Positions 8,921 to 16,195 of a DNA stretch of 64,000 bases are shown piece by piece (within the stretch, counting starts at the first letter, position 1; the number at the start of each line of letters is the position of its first letter). The notes below the pieces were generated by a model. That model was not told where the DNA came from. It worked only from the letters and a program-made list of their open reading frames with translations, and did not search any database. The stretch is from Bacteroidales bacterium. GTDB lineage: Bacteria > Bacteroidota > Bacteroidia > Bacteroidales > NBLH01. Location: the NCBI GenBank assembly GCA_050296515.1, contig JBNKRJ010000138.1, positions 31,677 to 95,676 on the forward strand, written 5' to 3'. Made by a program: the position numbers and the translations under genes.

Positions 8921-11233
8921 TTAATTATTTGTTATTGTAATTTTTCCGTTGGGTTCAAGATGAATTTCTTCACCTTTCACTACCAAATTAGCACCTACAC
9001 CAGCACTATTTGATATTTCAATTGTTTTTCTTGTTATCTGGATATTTAACAATGCTTTACGATACTTAATCTTGAACGAAAAAACTTCCCATTCTTTGGG
9101 TAAATAAGGATTGAAGTGAAGTGCGTCTTCTTTCACTCTCATTCCTCCAAATCCGTAAATAACTGACATCCAGCTGCCTGCCATACTAGTGATATGTAAA
9201 CCTTCATCAGCTTCGTGATTATAATCGTCTAAATCAAGCCTTGCAGTTCGAAGATACATCTCGTAAGCCTTTTCTTTTCGACCGATTTTTGCAGCAATTA
9301 TTGAATGCACACAAGGTGACAATGATGATTCATGAACTGTTCTTGGCTCATAAAAATCAAAGTTTCTGGCAATGGTTTCCTCATCAAAGTCGCTTTCGAA
9401 AAAGAACAGACCTTGCAAAACGTCAGCTTGTTTAATAAAACATGAGCGGAGTATCCGATCCCAAGACCAAACCTGGTTCAATGGACGCTCAGATGGATCT
9501 AATTCAGAAGCCATTATCTGTTCTTTGTCCAAGTATCCTTCCTGTTGTAAGAAAACTTTTCTTTTTGAATCTTCCGGTAAAAAGATTTTGTTAATTATTT
9601 CATTCCACTGTTTCGTTTCATCACTTGCATTAAACTCCCACTTATCAACTATTTCTTTATACCTTTCAGGATATTGATCTTTTACAAAATTCAGAACCTC
9701 AATGGTATAACTTAATGTCCATTTTGCTATATAATTTGTATACCAATTGTTGTTCACGTTGTTTTCGTACTCGTTAGGACCGGTTACACCCAGCATCACG
9801 TATTGTTGTTTCTCTTCCGAAAAAGTAACTCTCTGAGCCCAGAAACGCGAAATCCCCATCAATACTTCAAGTCCGTATTCAGCAAGATAAGCCTTATCTC
9901 CTGTGTATTTCACGTAATGAGAAATGGCGTATGCGATGGCACCATTTCTATGAATTTCTTCAAAAGTGATTTCCCATTCGTTATGGCACTCTTCGCCATT
10001 CATAGTCACCATTGGGTAAAGAGCAGCATGCCCTTTAAAACCAAGTTTCTGTGCATTCTCAATGGCTTTTTCAAGATGCTTATAACGATATTTTACCAGA
10101 TTACGTCCGACTTCTTCGTCAGCAGTACTGAGGTAAAATGAAATACAATAAGCCTCTGTATCCCAGTAAGTTGAACCACCATACTTTTCACCAGTGAATC
10201 CTTTTGGACCAATATTTAATCGTTCGTCATCGCCTGTGTATGTTTGATTCAGATGAAAAATATTAAATCTGATACCCTGCTGTGCTTCAGAATCACCTTC
10301 TATAATAATATCGCTTTCTTTCCATTTATCATCCCAAACCTGAATATGGGAATTCAACATTCTTTCAAAACCTGTTGCAGCTGCTTCATCTACCATCTGC
10401 CTGGTTCTTTCAAGTATCTTGCCTTTTTCGTGATACTCAGAAGAAAGAACTGCAACGTATTTATAAAGAACTATTTCCTGCTCATTTTTACAATCAATTT
10501 CGGCAATATTTTCAATGTATTTTTCTTTTTCATTGGCCTTAACATCAAAATCTACACTAACATGGTCGCGGGTAATATTAAATCTCATCCCGGTAGAAAC
10601 ATGAAAATGTGTTTTTTTGGTTTCAGTTACAATATACCCTTCTCTTTCTCCAACACTTCTGTCAACTTCTAACCAAAACTTTTCATCGTAATTTGCATCC
10701 TCATTTTTGATGTCGGCATCAATATAAGGAGTAAAAATTATTTTTCCGTCAAAATTGATTGGTGTAACAGAGTATTTTATAGCAGCTAGCTCCGGATTAT
10801 CCATACTTACAAACCTTTTTGTGTGGATTTTTACTTTACATCCATTGCTTAGCTCAGCATTAAAAGTTCTTTCAAGATACCCTTCTTTCATGTTCAGGGT
10901 TCTTTTAAAATTACTTACTATACATTTTGCAAGATCAAGATCCTCACCTTCAATATTTACGTTTATACCGATCCAGTTTGGCGCATTCAGCACCTTGGCA
11001 AAATACTCCGGATATCCGTTTTTCCACCATCCAACACGGGTTTTATCGGGATAATAAACACCGGCAACATAACTCCCTTGCAAACTGGTGCCACTGTATT
11101 TTTCTTCAAAATTTGCACGCTGACCTATTCTTCCATTGCCAATACTAAAAATACTTTCCGACTTTTTGTGTTCCTCAGGCGAAAACCCTTCTTCTATTAT
11201 ATTCCATTCGTCGGTTTTGTAATACGTTTTCAC
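8921..11233 (-). CDS. GH65 glycoside hydrolase (maltose phosphorylase-like)
   Basis: 770 aa. The size and sequence fit the GH65 pattern (FSIGNGRIGQRANFEE, ...GFTGEKYGGSTYWDTE..., ...HITSMAGSWM...). It sits beside beta-phosphoglucomutase, the classic maltose phosphorylase partner. Confidence 0.8.
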   Translation of the reverse strand: MKTYYKTDEWNIIEEGFSPEEHKKSESIFSIGNGRIGQRANFEEKYSGTSLQGSYVAGVYYPDKTRVGWWKNGYPEYFAKVLNAPNWIGINVNIEGEDLDLAKCIVSNFKRTLNMKEGYLERTFNAELSNGCKVKIHTKRFVSMDNPELAAIKYSVTPINFDGKIIFTPYIDADIKNEDANYDEKFWLEVDRSVGEREGYIVTETKKTHFHVSTGMRFNITRDHVSVDFDVKANEKEKYIENIAEIDCKNEQEIVLYKYVAVLSSEYHEKGKILERTRQMVDEAAATGFERMLNSHIQVWDDKWKESDIIIEGDSEAQQGIRFNIFHLNQTYTGDDERLNIGPKGFTGEKYGGSTYWDTEAYCISFYLSTADEEVGRNLVKYRYKHLEKAIENAQKLGFKGHAALYPMVTMNGEECHNEWEITFEEIHRNGAIAYAISHYVKYTGDKAYLAEYGLEVLMGISRFWAQRVTFSEEKQQYVMLGVTGPNEYENNVNNNWYTNYIAKWTLSYTIEVLNFVKDQYPERYKEIVDKWEFNASDETKQWNEIINKIFLPEDSKRKVFLQQEGYLDKEQIMASELDPSERPLNQVWSWDRILRSCFIKQADVLQGLFFFESDFDEETIARNFDFYEPRTVHESSLSPCVHSIIAAKIGRKEKAYEMYLRTARLDLDDYNHEADEGLHITSMAGSWMSVIYGFGGMRVKEDALHFNPYLPKEWEVFSFKIKYRKALLNIQITRKTIEISNSAGVGANLVVKGEEIHLEPNGKITITNN

Positions 11234-11289
11234 TTGTTTAAATTTTAGTTAAGTAATTGATATCTATTCACTTCTCTTGAACTATTTAG

Positions 11290-11470
11290 ATGGAGTTCAT
11301 GAGCTTGCTTCGCAAGGTTAATCATGTTCTTATTGTGGAGCGATTATTTGCTTCGCTCATGAGAACACTACGTTAAGTTAATTTTCTATATAAACCCCGA
11401 AGGGCTCAGCGTAAACTAATTTCTCTGCGCCTCCGCTAAAGCTTCAGCGGCACGCGGAATGAGGGTTTCA
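11290..11470. repeat. GC-richer structured island built from palindromic dispersed-repeat-like sequences
   Basis: tcatgagc...gctcatga inverted repeat; ttgcttcgc occurs twice; hairpins cccgaaggg and ccgctaaagcttcagcgg. It lies inside a 585-bp ORF-free gap between pgmB and the GH65 gene. Confidence 0.4.
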
Positions 11471-11817
11471 TCTGTTTATTTTTTATTACTCCATTTTATC
11501 AGATGGAACATCCACCAGACTTAACTTACATGTTACCAGACAGTTTTTGTTAATAATCATGCTCGTGTGTGATTAAAATTAATCATGAATGTTTCATTTG
11601 ATAATATTTTTAATATTTTTTGTCGTATAGCTATCTCCGATAATTCGGAGGAAAACACCTTTAGTTATTTGCCCCAGTTCAATTACCGGGCTTGGATGCT
11701 TTTTGATTTAAATCAATTTTACTACTTGTTTGAATCTGAAGTTTTTTGCCATGCACCTCTGGTTAAATAACTTAGCAACCAAATTAGACCAGGAAAACAG
11801 GCAACTTTTCCTCTTAT

Positions 11818-12474
11818 TTATTTTGAACCTAAATTTAAAAATACCTCAAGCTTGGTATTTTTAAAACCAGAAACTACCATTTCTGCTTTGTTCAAAGTAT
11901 TTTCGTCTCCAATGCCAACTACATGTAAATTTCCATTCAATGCTGCTTCAACACCAGCTTCAGCATCTTCAAAAACAATACACTCTTCAGGTCTCACACC
12001 TAACTCTTTTGCAGCATTTAAGAATACTTCTGGATCAGGTTTTGCTTTGCTTACCTTGTTTCCATCAATAATAACATCAAAATATTTTAGCAAGTCAACC
12101 CTTTTTAGAATGGTAACCGCATTTTTACTTGCAGAACCAATCGCCAGCTTCAAACCATTTTGTTTTGCTTTCTCAAGAATATCAAGTACTCCAGGTAAAA
12201 TTTCATCAGGAGTCATTTTCATTATATACTCCAAATAATCTGTATTTTTCTTTGTAGCTAAATCTGTTTTTGTTTTTTCATCCAACTCAATACCACCTAC
12301 CTCAAGCAAAATTTCCAATGAACGAATTCTCGAAACACCTTTTAGTCGTTCATTGTGTTTTTCAGAAAAGAAAAAACCAAGCTCTTCTGCCAGCTTCTTC
12401 CAAGCCAGGTAATGATACTTTGCTGTATCTACTACTACTCCGTCTAAATCAAATATTAATGCTTTAATGTCCAC
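11818..12474 (-). CDS. pgmB: Beta-phosphoglucomutase (HAD superfamily)
   Basis: 218 aa. HAD motif I is FDLDGVVVDT. KGVSR, GSASKN and FEDAEAGVEAA motifs are typical of PgmB. It overlaps the upstream MFS gene by 11 nt. Confidence 0.85.
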   Translation of the reverse strand: MDIKALIFDLDGVVVDTAKYHYLAWKKLAEELGFFFSEKHNERLKGVSRIRSLEILLEVGGIELDEKTKTDLATKKNTDYLEYIMKMTPDEILPGVLDILEKAKQNGLKLAIGSASKNAVTILKRVDLLKYFDVIIDGNKVSKAKPDPEVFLNAAKELGVRPEECIVFEDAEAGVEAALNGNLHVVGIGDENTLNKAEMVVSGFKNTKLEVFLNLGSK

Positions 12475-13846
12475 TATGGCCTCCTTTTATTTCAGTTTCA
12501 GCTGAAACATCTTTCACAAAAAAAACCGAAACACTTCCTAAAATCATAAATATTCCGGCCATTACTAAAATATAAATACCTTGTCCTCCAAAAAATGTCT
12601 TTAAAATTGGTCCTCCTAATACACCACTAAGAATTTGAGGTATCACAACCGTAAGATTAAATAATCCCATGTATATCCCCATTCTTTTGGCAGGTAATGA
12701 CCCCGACAAAATTGCATAAGGCATAGCTAAAATAGCTGCCCAGGCTATTCCTATACCAAACATGGAAACAAGTAACATGTACTGATTACTAAAAAAGTAG
12801 GTTGAAATATATCCTAACCCACCCAAAACAAGAGATATAGAATATACTGTTTTTCGATTTGTCAGTTTAATCAACTTTGGCATAATGATAGAAAATAAAG
12901 CTGCAACAAGGCTATACATTGCAAAACAAATCCCAACCCAGTTCCCGGCTTCATCAAATGCTCGCCTGATATCAGTATTTGTTTCTGTTTCTGCATTAAA
13001 ACCAATAGGGACACCAAAATAGTGTTGAGAAATTGCAGTTGTTGAATAAACCCATAATAAAAACAGCGGAAACCATGAAAACAATTGCACTATCGACAAC
13101 TGTCTCATTGTTTTAGGCATATTAGTTAAAAGCTTCCAAAAACTTTCATTTTTAGCTTTGTCCTCTTCTGTAATATCATTGTATTCTTCAAATTCTTTTG
13201 GTGGATGCTCTTTTGTTTTAATAACAGTTACCAATACACTTAATAGCAACAAAGAGCCTCCTATGTAAAAGGACCAAATAACTGAAGGTGCCACTTTACC
13301 AGCTTCAGCTTCATTTGCAATTCCTATTGCAGTTAAAATAAACGGTAAAGCTGAACCAATAACAGCACCAACGTTAATCAAAAAACTTTGAATCGAGTAC
13401 CCCACATTTCTTTGTTCCTCAGGTGTCATATCCGCTACTAATGCCCTAAAAGGCTGAAAAGTGACATTAAATGAAGCATCCATTAAGGCCAACATTACTA
13501 CCCCAAAAGCCAAGGCTGCTGCTCCACCAGCTTTAATCACCAAAGGTGCATTTGGCATAAAAAACATCGCCAGCATTGAAATCAATGCACCAAATAATAT
13601 ATAAGGTGAACGTCTGCCAATTCGTGTCCAGGTTTTATCACTTGCTGCACCAACCAAAGGTTGAACAAGAAGGCCCATTGTAGGAGCTACCAGCCAAAAG
13701 AAAGAAAGTGTTTCTGGATGTGCACCCAGGCTACTCAATATTCTACTTGCATTAGCATTTTGCAAGGCAAAACCAAACTGAACACCTAAAAAGCCAAAGC
13801 TCAGGTTCCAAATTTGCCAAAAACTTAAACGGGGTTTACTTTTCAT
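12464..13846 (-). CDS. MFS/GPH-type sugar (maltose/maltodextrin-like) transporter
   Basis: 460 aa with ~12 predicted TM segments. The N-terminal WNLSFGFLGVQFGFALQNAN pattern matches SLC45/sucrose-maltose-type MFS proteins. It is the first gene of the maltose catabolic set. Confidence 0.7.
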   Translation of the reverse strand: MKSKPRLSFWQIWNLSFGFLGVQFGFALQNANASRILSSLGAHPETLSFFWLVAPTMGLLVQPLVGAASDKTWTRIGRRSPYILFGALISMLAMFFMPNAPLVIKAGGAAALAFGVVMLALMDASFNVTFQPFRALVADMTPEEQRNVGYSIQSFLINVGAVIGSALPFILTAIGIANEAEAGKVAPSVIWSFYIGGSLLLLSVLVTVIKTKEHPPKEFEEYNDITEEDKAKNESFWKLLTNMPKTMRQLSIVQLFSWFPLFLLWVYSTTAISQHYFGVPIGFNAETETNTDIRRAFDEAGNWVGICFAMYSLVAALFSIIMPKLIKLTNRKTVYSISLVLGGLGYISTYFFSNQYMLLVSMFGIGIAWAAILAMPYAILSGSLPAKRMGIYMGLFNLTVVIPQILSGVLGGPILKTFFGGQGIYILVMAGIFMILGSVSVFFVKDVSAETEIKGGHSGH

Positions 13847-14077
13847 CTATATCCTTTTAATTATTTAACATCCTGTAAAATATACTAAATTTAACAAACT
13901 AAACAGGATGTTTGATACCTGTTATAAAATTTAATAATTGAATAACAAATGAATAATTAAAAGTATCTGAGAGAGAATGCCAAGTAACGAAAAAAAAGTT
14001 CTATAAACAAATTTCCAAGTCTAATTTAAGGACTAGAATAACCTGAATAATAGCAATTTATATTCTAAAAGTATGAA

Positions 14078-14091
14078 TGCAAACGTTTACG
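14078..14091. promoter_or_regulatory. LacI-family operator-like palindrome (site A)
   Basis: The sequence is tgcaaacgtttacg, within the 20-nt repeat atgcaaacgtttacgaaag. It lies upstream of the minus-strand MFS operon. Confidence 0.6.
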
Positions 14092-14155
14092 AAAGAAAAG
14101 AGAAAAATTTATATTTTGATGTCAAAAATTTTCTTTGAAGAAAATTCAAAATTGA

Positions 14156-14169
14156 TGCAAACGTTTACG
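14156..14169. promoter_or_regulatory. LacI-family operator-like palindrome (site B)
   Basis: The sequence is tgcaaacgtttacg, within atgcaaacgtttacgaagg. It lies 78 bp from site A. Confidence 0.6.
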
Positions 14170-14379
14170 AAGGAGATTTATTTTGACAACTTTTATTTAC
14201 ATTCTAAAAATATTTTATAAGGTTTTCCTGAAAATTGGCTGTCAAAACAGGGAGATAAAAAATATCAAAGCGACACCTGGTGAAAGAATTAGCAAACCCG
14301 TCTTTATTACTAAGCCAGTGCTAAATAAAATATCATATTTCAGGTTAATTGCCCAGGTGACAACACCTGGCTGGTGCAC

Positions 14380-14531
14380 TTGGGGCTGTATCAAAACTAG
14401 TTTTGCCATAAATTTTTCTTTCAATCTTGCATCAATCCAATCAATCTGCTTTCAATCGTGTTGAAATACGCTCTTTTGTTGTTGAAATGAAAGTAAAATT
14501 GCATTGAATTAGACTTTTGATACAGCCCCAA
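14380..14531. repeat. 152-bp element bounded by perfect 17-bp inverted repeats (MITE-like or long hairpin)
   Basis: ttggggctgtatcaaaa (14380-14396) and ttttgatacagccccaa (14515-14531). The interior contains tttcaat/ttgaaat inverted sub-repeats. No credible ORF is present. Confidence 0.5.
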
Positions 14532-14600
14532 ACTAGCATTGACATGCCTCTGGTCGTATAACAGTAGATTCTGCAATGCTATAATTTGAATGTTACATAG

Positions 14601-15653
14601 TTAATAAAGAAGTCCACGACCTAACTTATCTTCCTTTAACGTTTTAGTAGTTCCTCTTAATACCAAATCCGTTTTTAATACTCTGATCTCAGGAGTGTAA
14701 TCTTCTTCATCCTTCGATAATCTATTGAGCAGAAGCCTTACAGCAATTTGTCCCATTTCGTATCCATGCTGCTCAATGGTTGATAGTGGAGGATCACTCA
14801 TGGTTGAAATTAGACCATTAGTAAAGCCAATTATAGAAATATCATCAGGAACTCTTAAACCAATAGATTTAATAGTAGACAATGCTCCAAGTGCAGTCAT
14901 ATCGTTCACAGCAAAAATAGCATCAGGAGTATTCCCTGAGCGTATCAGTTTTTCAGTTAAGTGTGCTGCTTCGTTATAATTATCACATTTAAAAATAAGG
15001 TTGTCATCCACAGGGATACCATTCTTATATAAAGCATGCAAGTATCCATTTTGTCTGTTTTTTCCTATTAATAAATGTTGAGCAGCTGCAAAATGAACAA
15101 TTCTTTTGCACCCTGTTTTTATTAAATAGTCAACAGCACGATAAGCTCCATCAAAATCATCCACAACTACCTTATCAGTATCAATTTCAGCGCATACCCT
15201 GTCGAAAAAAACGATTGGGATTCCATTCTGCTCAAGTGTACGAAAGTGCTCATACGACTTGGTGCTCTTTGATACAGAAACCAATAATCCTGCAACCCTG
15301 CTCGAAAGCATACCTTGCACAGAATGCATCTCGCGTTCGTAATTCTCAGTAGTTTGGGCAACCATTACGTTATAATCATTGGCATAGGCTAAATCATCAA
15401 TTCCACTAATCACTGATGAGAAAAAATAATGAACTACCTCTGGTACTATTACACCTATTATATTACTCTTGCTATGCTTTAGGCTTAATGCAATTTCATT
15501 GGGTTTGTAATTTAGCTTTCGGGCCAAATCATTTACAGCATTTTTTGTGGCATTACTTATATCCGGATGATTTTTTAAAGCCCTTGAAACTGTAGACGGT
15601 GAAATTCCAAGTTCACGAGCAATATCTTTTATGGTTACTTGTCGGCCCTTCAT
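14601..15653 (-). CDS. LacI-family transcriptional regulator
   Basis: 350 aa. N-terminal HTH is TIKDIARELGISPSTVSRALKN, followed by a periplasmic-binding-protein-like sugar-binding core. Confidence 0.9.
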   Translation of the reverse strand: MKGRQVTIKDIARELGISPSTVSRALKNHPDISNATKNAVNDLARKLNYKPNEIALSLKHSKSNIIGVIVPEVVHYFFSSVISGIDDLAYANDYNVMVAQTTENYEREMHSVQGMLSSRVAGLLVSVSKSTKSYEHFRTLEQNGIPIVFFDRVCAEIDTDKVVVDDFDGAYRAVDYLIKTGCKRIVHFAAAQHLLIGKNRQNGYLHALYKNGIPVDDNLIFKCDNYNEAAHLTEKLIRSGNTPDAIFAVNDMTALGALSTIKSIGLRVPDDISIIGFTNGLISTMSDPPLSTIEQHGYEMGQIAVRLLLNRLSKDEEDYTPEIRVLKTDLVLRGTTKTLKEDKLGRGLLY

Positions 15654-15965
15654 GATAATAAAGAAAAGAAATAAAGATTATGAGTTATTCCTCTTTAGAA
15701 ATTAACTACTCACTTCCAAGACAAAATTATTAAAAAATGTTAAGCGAATATATATAAAAATCTATATCGCAACAATATTTGTGCATCTATTGACAATCAA
15801 CCAATTAAAACACATTTAATTACAATTATTTAGAAAAGATTAAAAAAAACAGACCTGCAAAAAATAAAAATTGTTAAAAAATGTAAAAGTATCACCTTAT
15901 TAAAATTGACATAAATAAACAATTCTTTACACAAAATTGAATTTTTAATTTTTTCAACCAGTTTT

Positions 15966-15979
15966 TGCAAACGTTTGCG
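15966..15979. promoter_or_regulatory. LacI-family operator-like palindrome (site C), followed by an extra half-site
   Basis: tgcaaacgtttgcg is followed by aagtcgtttgca (15980-15991). It lies between the divergent lacI-family gene and susC. Confidence 0.6.
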
Positions 15980-16195
15980 AAGTCGTTTGCATTAAAAAAT
16001 TGACTATTAAAGAGTTAAAAATTACCTACCCGGATATTTTTTTTCATAGGTTTGGTTCGAATTTAAAATTGAATTAACAATTAATCAACGAAGTATTAAC
16101 AAAAAGAGTATCAGTTTTAATTAAAAGTAGCCTGAGAGAGAACAAAACTTTTTAATTAGAATTTGAAGTAATTTAACCTAAATTTTAAAAAGCAA

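Noticed and set aside
9241-11148. Several 60-140-aa + strand ORFs inside the GH65 gene, and similar antisense ORFs inside the GH13, susC, pnt, ABC, nhaD and sensor genes (e.g. 4128-4322, 6636-6878, 16207-16605, 35036-35525, 50429-50746)
   Set aside because: They lie wholly within long, well-supported genes on the opposite strand. Their translations are low-complexity and rich in Phe, Ser, Leu and Ile. They are typical shadow ORFs of AT-rich DNA.
11585-11770. 61-aa + strand ORF in the pgmB-GH65 spacer
   Set aside because: It has no family resemblance, an AT-rich composition, and the opposite orientation to the surrounding operon.
14183-14464. 93-aa + strand ORF and the overlapping 60-aa - strand ORF (14242-14424) in the lacI/maltose intergenic region
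   Set aside because: There is no recognisable family or start context. They span the hairpin and inverted-repeat element, and the composition looks non-coding.
16040-16060. The susC leader contains tttttttcat-AGGTTTGGTT, matching the core of the sRNA-like body in the same sense
   Set aside because: It is only a 10-nt exact match in AT/GT-rich sequence. It is same-sense, so it is not a pairing target. It has no associated terminator or -7 box. It is plausibly chance.
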